This document shows positions 1-9,998 of a stretch of DNA of 27,941 nt, one piece after another. The stretch spans positions 1 to 27,941 of the forward strand of contig JAGLDO010000008.1 in assembly GCA_023145555.1 (NCBI GenBank), read 5' to 3'. The notes under the pieces are model-generated. The model did no database searches. It worked only from the letters and a program-made list of their open reading frames with translations, and was not told the origin of the DNA. Position numbers and translations under genes: made by a program. Position 1 is the first letter of the stretch, and the number at the start of each line of letters is the position of its first letter. The stretch is from Bacteroidales bacterium. GTDB lineage: Bacteria > Bacteroidota > Bacteroidia > Bacteroidales > B39-G9.

Positions 1-2104
1 TTCCTATATATGAATTTTCTTGATGTTCTTTTTCTCTTTCAGCTTTTAATTCTTCAATGTCATTTTTAATATCTAACTCACTATATTTTTGTTTTGAACT
101 TTCATGATAAAATTTCACATTAGTTTTGTTAAAATTTTCTTTTTGTGAAATTAAAGATGTGTAATCTTTAGAATAATTAACATTTCGAGGAAAATAGCCT
201 AAAGCCCAAATTATTATTGATGCAAAAAGTATAACATTTCCCATTTTTTTCAAATATTGAGCACCTTTATTCCACATATGCAAAAAAATGATTTTGCCGG
301 TTGGCATACGATAAGGAGGTAATTCCATAACAAATGGGGCTGTTTTTGATTTAAAAAAATATTTTTTAAAAATCTTTGCAACTACAACTGCTAAAAAGAT
401 ACCAAATAAATAAATACCCAAAAGCATTAAACCGGGATATTTTGGAAAAAAAGCACCTATTATCAAAATATAAACAGGTAATCGGGCACTACATGACATA
501 AATGGATTAATTAGCATAGTAAGTAATCGGTCATTTCTATTTTCAATTGTTCTTGTAGCCATAATTGCGGGCACATTACAACCAAAACCCATAACTAAAG
601 GGATAAACGACTTTCCGTGTAATCCAATTTTATGCATCAACTTATCCATAATAAATGCTGCTCGAGACATATATCCTGTATCTTCCATAAAAGAAATAAA
701 CAAAAACAGGATTAAAATATTTGGTAAGAAAACAATAATTCCTCCTACTCCAGCAATAACACCATCGACTATAAGATCTTTAAAAATTCCATTTGGTAAT
801 ATATTGCTTACACCTGAACTTATTAAATCAACTAATTGACTAATCCAATCCATTGGGTACTTTCCTAAGCCAAATGTTGTATAAAACATAAGTCCCATAA
901 AGAACAAAAATATTGGAAATCCAAACACTTTGTGAAGTACAATTGTGTCAATTACATCTGTTTTTTTTCTGCGTTTTTTTAAGCCTTCAACATAAGTTTC
1001 CTTCAAAGCTCCAGTAATAAAACCATATTTTGCATCAGTAATTATTGTTTCACTATCTTCAAGCAAACTGTTTTCAAGTCGTTTTATCTCATATCCTGTA
1101 ATCTCTTTTATCTCATTATAAATATCAAATTTCGAAAGAATAAAATTTGTACTTCGGTCTTTTTCTAATAATTTAATAGCTAAAAATCTTGTTGATGCTT
1201 TATCTCTTATTTGTTTAACTTCTCTAATTTTATCTCTAATAATTTTAATAGATTTTTCTACTTCTTTACCATAATTAATATGAATATGCCTAACTATTGG
1301 TTCTCTATCTTCATATACCTCAATTATTTCATCAAACAATTCTTTTATACCTCTTCCTTTTGAACTAACAGTCGGCACAATAGGAACTCCAATCATTTGG
1401 CCTAATGCTTTATAATCAAAATGAGCTCCTTTGTTTTTCAACTCATCATACATATTTAAAGCTATCACAACTTTAATATCCATATCAATAAGTTGAGTTG
1501 TTAAATAAAGATTGCGCTCAAGATTTGAGGCGTCAATAATATTAATTACAATATCGGGTTTTTCAGAAAAAATATATTTTCTCACATACAGCTCTTCGGG
1601 TGAATATGCTGTTAATGAATAAGTTCCCGGCAAATCTGCAATATCAAAATTATAGCCATTCTGTTTAAATTTTGCATTTTTTGCTTCAATAGTAACACCA
1701 CTATAATTTCCAACGTGTTCTTTAGCCCCCGAAGCATAATTAAAAAGTGTTGTTTTGCCCGAATTAGGATTACCTACTAAAGCAATATGAATATTTTTTC
1801 GTTTTTCTCTTGCCGATGTTTTTAAAATTTCTTCATCAATAACGCCTTCAAAATTATTTAGTTTAAGTCCCTTTGCTTCTTCTTTTGTTATTACTTCTAC
1901 ATTCTTTGCTTCACTCTTTCTCAAAGAAACATTATATCCCATAACATGGTACTCAACAGGGTCTTTCATAGGGGCGTTTTTTATTACCTTTACTTTCTGT
2001 CCTCTTATAAAACCCATTTCAATAATACGTTTCCTAAAAGCACCATATCCCATTACTTTCACTATTACGCCTTCTTCTCCTGTCTTTAATTCTGAAAGTC
2101 TCAT
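1..2104 (-). CDS. feoB: Ferrous iron transporter, FeoA-FeoB fusion (3' end runs off the window)
   Basis: Hand translation from the ATG at 2104 gives an N-terminal FeoA domain ([32 protein letters not shown]...KNAPMKDP), G motifs [15 protein letters not shown] and NMYD, and membrane motifs [20 protein letters not shown] and PFMSCSAR. The frame stays open to position 2. Absent from the ORF track because it is truncated. Confidence 0.96.
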   Translation of the reverse strand, partial: MRLSELKTGEEGVIVKVMGYGAFRKRIIEMGFIRGQKVKVIKNAPMKDPVEYHVMGYNVSLRKSEAKNVEVITKEEAKGLKLNNFEGVIDEEILKTSAREKRKNIHIALVGNPNSGKTTLFNYASGAKEHVGNYSGVTIEAKNAKFKQNGYNFDIADLPGTYSLTAYSPEELYVRKYIFSEKPDIVINIIDASNLERNLYLTTQLIDMDIKVVIALNMYDELKNKGAHFDYKALGQMIGVPIVPTVSSKGRGIKELFDEIIEVYEDREPIVRHIHINYGKEVEKSIKIIRDKIREVKQIRDKASTRFLAIKLLEKDRSTNFILSKFDIYNEIKEITGYEIKRLENSLLEDSETIITDAKYGFITGALKETYVEGLKKRRKKTDVIDTIVLHKVFGFPIFLFFMGLMFYTTFGLGKYPMDWISQLVDLISSGVSNILPNGIFKDLIVDGVIAGVGGIIVFLPNILILFLFISFMEDTGYMSRAAFIMDKLMHKIGLHGKSFIPLVMGFGCNVPAIMATRTIENRNDRLLTMLINPFMSCSARLPVYILIIGAFFPKYPGLMLLGIYLFGIFLAVVVAKIFKKYFFKSKTAPFVMELPPYRMPTGKIIFLHMWNKGAQYLKKMGNVILFASIIIWALGYFPRNVNYSKDYTSLISQKENFNKTNVKFYHESSKQKYSELDIKNDIEELKAEREKEHQENSYIG

Positions 2105-2118
2105 CTATAATTTCATGT

Positions 2119-2141
2119 TTAATTAGAATGGTTAAAAATAA
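2119..2141. promoter_or_regulatory. Imperfect palindrome, candidate iron-responsive repressor box upstream of feoB
   Basis: TTAATTAGAATGGTTAAAAATAA matches 18 of 22 fixed positions of the palindrome TTATTTAGAATnATTCTAAATAA and lies 15 nt upstream of the feoB ATG. The consensus is recalled from Bacteroidota iron-uptake promoters and was not verified. Confidence 0.4.
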
Positions 2142-2272
2142 CGTTTTGTTTTTTACTATACAATACCATGATTAAGTTATTTTTCGTTATTTAAATAATT
2201 AATCTTAATAATAAAAACTGAAAATTTATCTTATTTATTAATTTTAATTTATACTGGCAAATTTTTTGTGTG

Positions 2273-2280
2273 TATATTTG
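2273..2280 (+). promoter_or_regulatory. Bacteroidota -7 promoter element (TAnnTTTG) for the 2309-3364 gene pair
   Basis: TATATTTG(C), ending 28 nt upstream of the ATG at 2309. Confidence 0.6.
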
Positions 2281-2308
2281 CTTAGCTATTTATCTTAAAT
2301 AAAATAGT

Positions 2309-3058
2309 ATGAATTTGGAAGAAAATATTAATAATATAAATTTGTTTGATAAGCTAAATGAAATAACTAAAAATATTTCAGGCAAGTTGAACATTTTAAA
2401 TGAGCAAATAGATATAAATGTTCAAATTGAATACTTTGAATATTCAAAAAATATTAAAGAAAAAAATAAATCTTTAAATATCATTGATGTAAAAGATAAA
2501 CTTTTCAGCCAAGAAACTAAAATAGAAGAAAAAAAAGAAATAATTATAATTTTAGCTTCTGACGATAATGTTAAATCTTATAGAATTCTTGAAAAATATT
2601 CAAAAAATCCGGATAAAGAATTAAAAAATTGGTCAATATTAGCTTTACAAGAATCAAGAATGGTTCTTGAGGGGTCAATTCTAAATGAGAATCAAATATT
2701 TATCTCAACAGGCTTAGGTGGAAAAAATTCTAAATTGAGATATTTTACTGTTTTATTTGCACTTAACGATAATAATTTTACAGATACTCAAAAGAAAATT
2801 ATTTCTAAAGAACTTGAATTTTCATTAAAACACCATAATGCTGAGATTGAAAAAATCGAATTCTTTAAAAATTTTTCGAAAATTGTTTCTCTAATTCCTA
2901 TTCAAGAACCTATTAGAAATATTTTTAAAGATGCAATAAATAATTGCAACGAATTAGGAAGTTTTATTAATGAAGAATTCTTAATTACGAACACAAAAAT
3001 TCTCAATAATGATGAAATTTCTGATTTCTTAAAAAACAAAAAAAAACAAATTAAATAG
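2309..3058 (+). CDS. Hypothetical protein, 249 aa: helical N-terminal half and a C-terminal domain resembling an inactive Y1/HUH transposase fold
   Basis: Long open frame with an upstream promoter element and a conserved-looking core, ALQESRMVLEGSILNENQIFISTGLGGKNSKLRYF. Function not recognised; see findings. Confidence 0.75.
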   Translation: MNLEENINNINLFDKLNEITKNISGKLNILNEQIDINVQIEYFEYSKNIKEKNKSLNIIDVKDKLFSQETKIEEKKEIIIILASDDNVKSYRILEKYSKNPDKELKNWSILALQESRMVLEGSILNENQIFISTGLGGKNSKLRYFTVLFALNDNNFTDTQKKIISKELEFSLKHHNAEIEKIEFFKNFSKIVSLIPIQEPIRNIFKDAINNCNELGSFINEEFLITNTKILNNDEISDFLKNKKKQIK

Positions 3059-3070
3059 CCGCAAAATTTT

Positions 3071-3364
3071 ATGCCTAAAAAAGTAAATATTGCAGTACAA
3101 GTGTTGCCAAAGTCAACAAATAATGATACATACAAAATAGTTGACAAGGCAATTGAGGTAATTCAGAAATCAGGAATTAAATATAGAGTTTGCCCTTTCG
3201 AAACAGTTATGGAAGGCGATTATGATGAAATAATGGGAATTATAAAGCAAATACAAGAAGCTTGTTTTGAAGCCGGTTCCGAAGAAGTAATTACAAATAT
3301 TAAAATCCAAAACAGAAAAAAATCCGATGTAACTATTGAAGGTAAAATGAACAAATATGACTAA
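3071..3364 (+). CDS. Thiamine-binding protein, MTH1187/YkoF (DUF77) family
   Basis: 97 aa with the family pattern: VNIAVQVLP, IVDKAIEVIQKSGIKYRVCPFETVMEG, IKIQ. Confidence 0.85.
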   Translation: MPKKVNIAVQVLPKSTNNDTYKIVDKAIEVIQKSGIKYRVCPFETVMEGDYDEIMGIIKQIQEACFEAGSEEVITNIKIQNRKKSDVTIEGKMNKYD

Positions 3365-3458
3365 TAGGCGATTATTGTATAATTTGTTTTTTGTAAAATA
3401 ACGCCCTTACTATTTAATTCTAATTACTCATTCAATTTTTTTTAATTTATAAGAATAT

Positions 3459-3496
3459 AAAAAAAGGGAACAAGTTATAAACTTATTCCCTTTTTT
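3459..3496 (-). terminator. Intrinsic terminator of the alpha operon, probably bidirectional
   Basis: Minus strand reads A6-GGGAATAAGT-TTATA-ACTTGTTCCC-T7: a 10-bp stem with one G-U pair, 20 nt after the rplQ stop, with A/T tracts on both sides, between convergent genes. Confidence 0.85.
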
Positions 3497-3516
3497 AAAA
3501 TTACGAATATATTTTA

Positions 3517-4152
3517 TTATTCAGATTTTTTGTCTTCTTCTGGTTTTTTTTCTTCTTTTTTAGCAGAATCTTTAGCTTCTTCCGATTTTAATTCTTCTTT
3601 AGGTTCGTCAACTTTAGTCTCTTCTGCTTTTTCTTCTGTTTTAGCTTCAGTAGCTTCAACTTTAGTTTCTGCTTTTTCTTCTACTTTAGCTTCAGTAGTT
3701 TCAACTTTAGTTTCTACAGTTTCAGTAGTTGCTTTTTTAGTTCTACGTCTTCTAGTTGATTTAGCTTTTGATTTAGAATCTTCTAACATATTTTCGTTAT
3801 AATCAACTAATTCAATAATGCACATATCTGCGTTATCACCAAGACGTTTCCCTAATTTTAAAATACGAGTATAACCACCTGGTCTTTCTCCTACTTTAGT
3901 TGCAACATCTCTAAACAATTCAGAAACACTATGTTTATTTTGTAAATAACTAAACACTATTCTACGAGAATGTGTAGTATCGTTTTTAGATTTAGTTATT
4001 AATGGTTCAACATACATTCTTAAAGCTTTAGCTTTAGCAACTGTTGTAGTAATACTTTTATTAAAAATTAAAGAAGAAGCCATATTTGCTAACATAGCAT
4101 TTCTATGTGCTGCTTTTCTTCCTAAATGGTTAAAATTCTTTCTGTGTCTCAT
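3517..4152 (-). CDS. rplQ: 50S ribosomal protein L17 with a long charged C-terminal extension
   Basis: [12 protein letters not shown]...ITTTVAKAK...[17 protein letters not shown]; ~85-aa E/K/T/A-rich tail. Confidence 0.98.
   Translation of the reverse strand: MRHRKNFNHLGRKAAHRNAMLANMASSLIFNKSITTTVAKAKALRMYVEPLITKSKNDTTHSRRIVFSYLQNKHSVSELFRDVATKVGERPGGYTRILKLGKRLGDNADMCIIELVDYNENMLEDSKSKAKSTRRRRTKKATTETVETKVETTEAKVEEKAETKVEATEAKTEEKAEETKVDEPKEELKSEEAKDSAKKEEKKPEEDKKSE
3623..3712 (-). repeat. Two-copy 45-bp tandem repeat in the rplQ tail
   Basis: Units 3623-3667 and 3668-3712 differ at 3 positions and encode [15 protein letters not shown] / [15 protein letters not shown]. Confidence 0.9.
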
Positions 4153-4158
4153 CTCTTA

Positions 4159-5151
4159 TTATTCCTTATCTAATTTATATTTAGAGATATTCATTCCAAA
4201 ACTTAAATTTAATGACTCTAAAAGATCTTCCAATTCTGTTAATGATTTCTTACCAAAATTTCTAAATTTCAATAAATCTGATTTATTAAAAGTACAAAGT
4301 TCGCCTAGTGTGTCAATATCTGCTGCTTTAAGACAATTCAAAGCTCTTACAGATAAATCTAAATCAACTAATTTTGTTTTTAATAATTGTCTCATATGAA
4401 GAACTTCTTCATCAAACTCTTCATTAATTAATTTTTCTTCAGAATCAAGAGTAATTTTTTCGTCAGAAAATAACATAAAGTGGTGAATTAATATCTTTGC
4501 AGCTTCTTTTAAAGCTTCTTTTGGCAAAATTGAACCATCAGTTACAATTTCAAAAATTAATTTCTCATAATCGGTCTTTTGCTCAACACGATAATTTTCG
4601 ACTGAATATTTTACATTCTTAATAGGTGTGTATATTGAATCAATTGGAATAACTCCTATTTCAGCATCTAACTGTTTATTTTCTTCAGCAGGGACATATC
4701 CTCTACCTTTGTTAATAAATAAATCCATTTGAAGTTTAACATCTGTCTCCATTTTACAGATAACCAAATCTTTGTTAATTACTTCAAAACCGTTTAAAAA
4801 TTTATTGATGTCGCCAGCTTTAAAAGTATCCTGATCTGTAATAGTAATCGATACTTTTTCACTTTCAAAATCTTCAATTTGTTTTTTTAAACGTATTTGT
4901 TTCAAATTAAGGATTATTTCAGTAACATCTTCCAATACACCATTAACAGTAGAAAACTCATGGTTTATGCCATCTACTTTGATAGCTGAAATTGCATATC
5001 CTTCTAAAGAAGAAAGAAGAATTCTTCTTAAAGCATTTCCAATTGTTATGCCATAACCGGGTTCTAATGGTCGAAATTCAAATCTTCCAACAAATTCATC
5101 AGATTCGATCATTATTACTTTTTCAGGTTTTTGAAAAGCTAATATTGCCAT
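4159..5151 (-). CDS. rpoA: RNA polymerase alpha subunit
   Basis: [26 protein letters not shown]; alpha-[13 protein letters not shown]...NFGKKSL. Confidence 0.99.
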   Translation of the reverse strand: MAILAFQKPEKVIMIESDEFVGRFEFRPLEPGYGITIGNALRRILLSSLEGYAISAIKVDGINHEFSTVNGVLEDVTEIILNLKQIRLKKQIEDFESEKVSITITDQDTFKAGDINKFLNGFEVINKDLVICKMETDVKLQMDLFINKGRGYVPAEENKQLDAEIGVIPIDSIYTPIKNVKYSVENYRVEQKTDYEKLIFEIVTDGSILPKEALKEAAKILIHHFMLFSDEKITLDSEEKLINEEFDEEVLHMRQLLKTKLVDLDLSVRALNCLKAADIDTLGELCTFNKSDLLKFRNFGKKSLTELEDLLESLNLSFGMNISKYKLDKE

Positions 5152-5170
5152 AAAATTATCTAATTTAGTA

Positions 5171-5779
5171 TTATTTAGAATACAATTCTACAATTAATTG
5201 TTCTTTTATATTTTCAGGTATTTCTGATCTTTCAGGTATATTAATAACTTTAGCAGACAATACATTTCCATCCCATTCTAACCAAGGATATTTATTGTAT
5301 CTGGCAGAAGCTAAAGAATCTGAAATTACTTCTAATGATTTTGATTTTTCACGTACTCCAATAACTTCTCCTACTTTTACTTTATAAGACGGAATATTAA
5401 CAACATTACCATTAACAGTAATATGCTTATGTGACACGAATTGTCTTGCAGCACTTCTGGTTGGTGCTATTCCAATACGGAATACTAAATTATCTAAACG
5501 CATTTCAAGAAATTGCAACAATACTTCACCAGTAACACCCTTACTTCTTGACGCTTTTTTAAACAAATTTGAGAATTGTTTTTCTAAAACACCATAAGTG
5601 TATTTTGCTTTTTGTTTTTCTAGTAATTGTAAGCCGTATTCTGATATTTTCTTTCTGCGTTTATTATTTCCATGTTGTCCAGGAAGATAATTTTTCTTTT
5701 CAAATGATTTATCATGTCCAAAAATTGGCTCTCCTAACTTTCTGGAAATTTTTGTTTTTGGTCCTCTATACCTTGCCAT
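5171..5779 (-). CDS. rpsD: 30S ribosomal protein S4 (no Zn-ligand cysteines)
   Basis: [37 protein letters not shown]. Confidence 0.99.
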   Translation of the reverse strand: MARYRGPKTKISRKLGEPIFGHDKSFEKKNYLPGQHGNNKRRKKISEYGLQLLEKQKAKYTYGVLEKQFSNLFKKASRSKGVTGEVLLQFLEMRLDNLVFRIGIAPTRSAARQFVSHKHITVNGNVVNIPSYKVKVGEVIGVREKSKSLEVISDSLASARYNKYPWLEWDGNVLSAKVINIPERSEIPENIKEQLIVELYSK

Positions 5780-5814
5780 CTTCTATAATAAAATTTAATT
5801 ACATTAATTCTAAT

Positions 5815-6204
5815 TTATACTCTTCTTCTTTTTGGAGGTCTGCAACCATTGTGTGGTAAAGGAGTAACATCAATAATTTCTGTTACTGTAATTCCTGCAT
5901 TATTAATAGTTCTAATTGCAGATTCTCTTCCTGTCCCAGGTCCTTTAACATACACTTTTACTTTTCGTAATCCTAAATCATAAGCTACTTTTACGCAATC
6001 TGTTGCTGCAATTTGAGCTGCATAAGGAGTGTTCTTTTTTGACCCTCTAAAACCCATTTTCCCAGCTGAAGATGCTGAAATAACTTGACCATCACTATTA
6101 GTAAGAGATATTATAATATTATTAAAAGAAGCATGGATATGGGCTTGACCAACAGCTTCAACTTTTACTTTTCTTTTCTTTACTGTTCTCGACTTTTGTG
6201 CCAT
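5815..6204 (-). CDS. rpsK: 30S ribosomal protein S11
   Basis: [41 protein letters not shown]. Confidence 0.99.
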   Translation of the reverse strand: MAQKSRTVKKRKVKVEAVGQAHIHASFNNIIISLTNSDGQVISASSAGKMGFRGSKKNTPYAAQIAATDCVKVAYDLGLRKVKVYVKGPGTGRESAIRTINNAGITVTEIIDVTPLPHNGCRPPKRRRV

Positions 6205-6216
6205 AATTGTTAATTA

Positions 6217-6594
6217 TTATTTGGTTGCTTTCTTTTTATTTGCTATGGTTTTTTTCTTACCTTTTCTTGTTCTAGCATTATTTCTTGTATGTTGTCCTCG
6301 TACAGGTAAACCAATACGATGTCTAATACCTCTATAACAACCGATATCCATTAAACGTTTAATATTTAACTGAACCTCAGAACGTAATTCTCCTTCGAGT
6401 TTAAATTCTTCATTAAGTACTCGTCTGATATTAGCGATGTTCTCATCAGACCAATCCTTAACTTTGATATTTCTATCTACATCGGCTTTTTCGAGTACTG
6501 TAATAGCTCTGCTACGACCGATACCGTATATATAGGTTAAACCTATTTCTCCTCTTTTATTTTTTGGTAAATCAACACCAACTATTCTTGCCAT
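6217..6594 (-). CDS. rpsM: 30S ribosomal protein S13
   Basis: [42 protein letters not shown]. Confidence 0.99.
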   Translation of the reverse strand: MARIVGVDLPKNKRGEIGLTYIYGIGRSRAITVLEKADVDRNIKVKDWSDENIANIRRVLNEEFKLEGELRSEVQLNIKRLMDIGCYRGIRHRIGLPVRGQHTRNNARTRKGKKKTIANKKKATK

Positions 6595-6617
6595 AAACTA
6601 ATTAAAATTAAAGTTTG

Positions 6618-6625
6618 CAAAGTTA
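6618..6625 (-). promoter_or_regulatory. Internal -7 promoter element for the alpha operon (rpsM)
   Basis: Minus strand TAACTTTG(CAAAC), 23 nt upstream of the rpsM ATG. The same CTTTGCAAAC core occurs in the rpsL promoter. Confidence 0.7.
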
Positions 6626-6631
6626 TAAAAA

Positions 6632-6748
6632 TTATCCTTGTCTTTGTTTAAATTTAGGATTTTTTTTATTAATAACATATAAACGCCCATTTCTGCGTAC
6701 TAATTTACAATCTGCGGAACGTTTTTTTACAGAAGCTCTTACTTTCAT
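6632..6748 (-). CDS. rpmJ: 50S ribosomal protein L36, Zn-free (C-) type
   Basis: Hand translation [38 protein letters not shown] (38 aa). Too short for the ORF track. Confidence 0.97.
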   Translation of the reverse strand: MKVRASVKKRSADCKLVRRNGRLYVINKKNPKFKQRQG

Positions 6749-6764
6749 CTTTCTATAATTTTAT

Positions 6765-6986
6765 TTATTTTTTATATCTAAATGTGATACGTCCTTTTGT
6801 TAAATCATATGGCGACATTTCAACTTTCACTCTATCTCCCGGTAAAATTTTTATATAATGCATCCTCATTTTACCTGAAATATGTGCAATAATAACATGA
6901 CCATTTTCTAATTCTACTCTAAACATTGCATTTGACAATGCTTCGATAATAGTTCCATCTTGTTCTATTGATGGTTGTTTTGCCAT
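6765..6986 (-). CDS. infA: Translation initiation factor IF-1
   Basis: [50 protein letters not shown]. Confidence 0.99.
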   Translation of the reverse strand: MAKQPSIEQDGTIIEALSNAMFRVELENGHVIIAHISGKMRMHYIKILPGDRVKVEMSPYDLTKGRITFRYKK

Positions 6987-7017
6987 ATTTTCTATAATTT
7001 AATAATCATTTATTCTT

Positions 7018-8358
7018 TTACATTCCAGAAACTGATTTACTTTTTCCTGAAATTCTTCCTGATTTCATTAATCCATCATAATGACGCATTAATAAATGGC
7101 TTTCAATTTGCTGCAATGTATCAAGAACTACTCCAACTAAAATAAGTAAAGAGGTTCCCCCATAAAAATGTGCAAATTGATTATTAATTCCGAAAATCAT
7201 TGCAAATGCAGGAAGTATTGCAATTAATGCTAAAAAGAAAGATCCCGGTAAGGTAATTTTAGACATAATATCGTCTAAAAATTCTATAGTTTTTCTTCCC
7301 GGTTTAACACCCGGAATAAAACCACCGTTCTTTTTCATATCTTCTGCCATTTGTGTGGGATTAATTGTAATTGCTGTATAGAAATATGTAAATAATATTA
7401 CTAAAACAGCAAATGTAAAGTTATACCAAAATCCTGTATAATTTGAAAACGCAGCAGCGAAACCACTTAATGATTCTGAATTTGCAAATCCAACAGCTAC
7501 AACAGGTACAAACATAATTGCTTGAGCAAAAATAATTGGCATAACACCGGCAGCATTTACTTTTAATGGTATATACTGACGCACACCTCCATATTGTTTA
7601 TTTCCAACAATACGTTTTGCATATTGTACAGGAATTTTTCTTGTTCCTTGAACTAACAGTATTGTTATTAGAACAACAAAAGCAAGGAATATTATTTCTA
7701 CAAGAAACATAACTAATCCACCACCTGCTTCTTCAACTCTTGAGAAGAATTCTGCAACAAAAGCAAACGGTAATCTGGCTATAATACCAATCATAATAAT
7801 TATTGATATACCATTCCCGACACCTTTATCAGTAATTTTTTCGCCTAACCACATAACAAACATTGTTCCTGTTGCAAGTATGATTATTGACGATATTGTG
7901 AAAAAAGTTCCGTGTGTAATAAAGGCAGATGCCGGTAATTGATTATGTAAATTTGCCAAATAACTTGGAGCTTGAAAGATTAATATAACAAGAGTTAAAT
8001 AACGAGTAATTTGATTTATTTTTCTTCTACCGCTTTCGCCTTCACGTTGAAGTCTTTGAAAATATGGTATTGCCATACCAAGCAATTGAATAACAATAGA
8101 TGCAGATATATAAGGCATAATACCTAATGCAAATATTGAAGCATTTGAAAAAGCTCCTCCAGAAAACATATCTAACAATCCCATTACTCCACTGGAAGTT
8201 TGTTGACGTAAAGCATCAAGCTGTGATGGGTCAATACCAGGTAAAACAACTCGTGTTCCTAGTCTGTAAACTAATAGCAAACCAAGTGTTGTTAAGATTC
8301 TTTTTCTTAAATCTTCAATCTTCCATATATTTTGGATTGTTTCAATAAATTTTTTCAC
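7018..8358 (-). CDS. secY: Preprotein translocase subunit SecY (GTG start)
   Basis: SIFALGIMPYISASI, WLGEKITDKGVGNGIS, IPLKVNAAGVMPIIFA, GGTSLLI. The first codon at 8358 is GTG. Confidence 0.98.
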   Translation of the reverse strand: MKKFIETIQNIWKIEDLRKRILTTLGLLLVYRLGTRVVLPGIDPSQLDALRQQTSSGVMGLLDMFSGGAFSNASIFALGIMPYISASIVIQLLGMAIPYFQRLQREGESGRRKINQITRYLTLVILIFQAPSYLANLHNQLPASAFITHGTFFTISSIIILATGTMFVMWLGEKITDKGVGNGISIIIMIGIIARLPFAFVAEFFSRVEEAGGGLVMFLVEIIFLAFVVLITILLVQGTRKIPVQYAKRIVGNKQYGGVRQYIPLKVNAAGVMPIIFAQAIMFVPVVAVGFANSESLSGFAAAFSNYTGFWYNFTFAVLVILFTYFYTAITINPTQMAEDMKKNGGFIPGVKPGRKTIEFLDDIMSKITLPGSFFLALIAILPAFAMIFGINNQFAHFYGGTSLLILVGVVLDTLQQIESHLLMRHYDGLMKSGRISGKSKSVSGM

Positions 8359-8381
8359 GGGTATAATATTTTATCTATTTT

Positions 8382-8410
8382 ATATTTCTAAACAATCAAT
8401 TTAGAAATAT
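8382..8410. promoter_or_regulatory. Perfect 11-bp inverted repeat in the rplO-secY spacer
   Basis: ATATTTCTAAA-CAATCAA-TTTAGAAATAT. Confidence 0.55.
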
Positions 8411-8435
8411 TTTATTGTTATTGTAAAAAAATAAA

Positions 8436-8443
8436 CAAAGTTA
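8436..8443 (-). promoter_or_regulatory. Candidate internal -7 promoter element for secY
   Basis: Minus strand TAACTTTG directly after the rplO stop. No -33 TTTG seen. Confidence 0.4.
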
Positions 8444-8890
8444 TTAAATAACTTCAGCTTTTCCTCCGGCTGTTTCAATAGCTTCTTTAGCTGTTTTTGA
8501 AAAAGCATGGGCTTTTACTTCTAATTTTGCAGTTAATTTACCATTACCTAATATCTTAACTAAATCATTTTTAGAAACTAAACCGTGTTTGTTTAATACT
8601 TCAATATCAATATTTGTTAACTTATGTTTGTCAGCTAATACTTGTAATTTATCAATATTAACACCTTTATATTCTTTTCTGTTAATATTTTTAAAACCAA
8701 ATTTAGGCACTACTCTTTGTAAAGGCATTTGACCACCTTCGAAACCAATTTTCTTAGAGTAGCCAGATCTTGATTTTGCACCATTCATACCTCTTGCAGC
8801 AGTACCTCCATTAGTTGAACCTTGACCGCGACCTAAACGTTTTCCTTTTTTTACTGAACCTTTTGCCGGTTTTAAATTACTTAAATCCAT
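8444..8890 (-). CDS. rplO: 50S ribosomal protein L15
   Basis: KRLGRGQGS, GAKSRSG, FEGGQMPLQR.VPKFGF. Confidence 0.99.
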   Translation of the reverse strand: MDLSNLKPAKGSVKKGKRLGRGQGSTNGGTAARGMNGAKSRSGYSKKIGFEGGQMPLQRVVPKFGFKNINRKEYKGVNIDKLQVLADKHKLTNIDIEVLNKHGLVSKNDLVKILGNGKLTAKLEVKAHAFSKTAKEAIETAGGKAEVI

Positions 8891-8911
8891 AATTAAAAAA
8901 TAATTTTATAT

Positions 8912-9091
8912 TTAAATCTCTTCAATAGAAATTAAATGTTTAACTTTATTAATCATTCCTAAAACTTGTGATGTAGCTTCAACTTCAACTGATGAATTTA
9001 GTTTTTTAAATCCTAAAGCTTTTAAAGTTCTTTTTTGTCTTTCTGTACTACCTATTTTGCTTTTAATATGAGTAATTTTCAATTTAGTCAT
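8912..9091 (-). CDS. rpmD: 50S ribosomal protein L30
   Basis: Hand translation MTKLKITHIKSKIGSTERQKRTLKALGFKKLNSSVEVEATSQVLGMINKVKHLISIEEI (59 aa). Missed by the ORF track. Confidence 0.97.
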   Translation of the reverse strand: MTKLKITHIKSKIGSTERQKRTLKALGFKKLNSSVEVEATSQVLGMINKVKHLISIEEI

Positions 9092-9103
9092 TTTATAAAT
9101 TTT

Positions 9104-9616
9104 TTAACCATTAAAAACTTTATTGAGATCAACGCCTCTTTCGTAAGCAATAGCATTAGCATCTCTTAATTGTAATAAAGCTGCAATAGTAGCTTTAACT
9201 ACATTATGATTATTAGAAGATCCTTTTGATTTAGCAAGAACATCTTTTACACCAACGCTTTCTAGTACTGCTCTCATGGCACCACCTGCTTTAACACCAG
9301 TACCTTGAGAAGCTGGTTTTAAAAGAACGTGAGCTCCACCAAATCTAGCAGTTTGTTCATGAGGAATTGTTCCTTTATGAATAGGTATTTTAACTAAATT
9401 TTTCTTTGCGTCTTCAACACCTTTTGAAATTGCAGTTGTTACCTCACCAGCTTTACCTAAGCCATAACCAACAACTCCATTTTCATTACCTACTACTACA
9501 ATAGCTGAGAAACTAAAAGTTCGACCACCTTTTGTAACTTTTGTTACACGGTTTATTCCAACTAATCTATCTTTTAAATCTAAATCTGTAGTTTTTATAT
9601 TTCTAATACTTGACAT
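9104..9616 (-). CDS. rpsE: 30S ribosomal protein S5
   Basis: [36 protein letters not shown]. Confidence 0.99.
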   Translation of the reverse strand: MSSIRNIKTTDLDLKDRLVGINRVTKVTKGGRTFSFSAIVVVGNENGVVGYGLGKAGEVTTAISKGVEDAKKNLVKIPIHKGTIPHEQTARFGGAHVLLKPASQGTGVKAGGAMRAVLESVGVKDVLAKSKGSSNNHNVVKATIAALLQLRDANAIAYERGVDLNKVFNG

Positions 9617-9622
9617 AATAAT

Positions 9623-9982
9623 TTAAAATTTAAGTCCTGCTTTTCTTGCTTCTTCAGCTAAAGCTTTTACTCTACCATGATACAAATAACCATTTCTATC
9701 GAATACGACTTTCGTAATTCCTTTTTCAATAGCTTTTTCAGCAATTAATTTTCCAACTAAACCCGCTTGTTCAATTTTAGTAATGCTTTTCTTTTCAGCA
9801 ATATCTTTATTAAGAGATGAAGCAGAAACTAATGTAGCTTCAGAAATATCATCAATTAATTGAACATAAATACCTTTATTGCTTCTAAAAACATTCATAC
9901 GAGGTTCTTCTGGAGAGCCGGAAACATGTTTACGAACTCGATATTTAATTCTTATTCTTCTCTGTTGTTTAGATAAAGACAT
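9623..9982 (-). CDS. rplR: 50S ribosomal protein L18
   Basis: [36 protein letters not shown]. Confidence 0.99.
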   Translation of the reverse strand: MSLSKQQRRIRIKYRVRKHVSGSPEEPRMNVFRSNKGIYVQLIDDISEATLVSASSLNKDIAEKKSITKIEQAGLVGKLIAEKAIEKGITKVVFDRNGYLYHGRVKALAEEARKAGLKF

Positions 9983-9998
9983 AATAATATAATTTTAA

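Noticed and set aside
2200-2308. TPP riboswitch upstream of the thiamine-binding operon
   Set aside because: No CUGAGA or other TPP aptamer core; the region is almost entirely A/T.
3366-3414. Imperfect hairpin GGCG-A-TTATT...AATAA-CGCC after the thiamine-binding gene
   Set aside because: The stem is short and bulged with a ~20-nt loop and no U-tract. The stronger hairpin at 3459-3496 explains termination.
2309-3415. Active IS200/IS605 element
   Set aside because: No HUH triad or catalytic Tyr, no tnpB, and no convincing terminal hairpin pair; only a possible degenerate fold remains.
3530-3802. 90-aa plus-strand ORF rich in S/T/V/A/L
   Set aside because: Antisense shadow of the low-complexity rplQ tail; no independent start signals.
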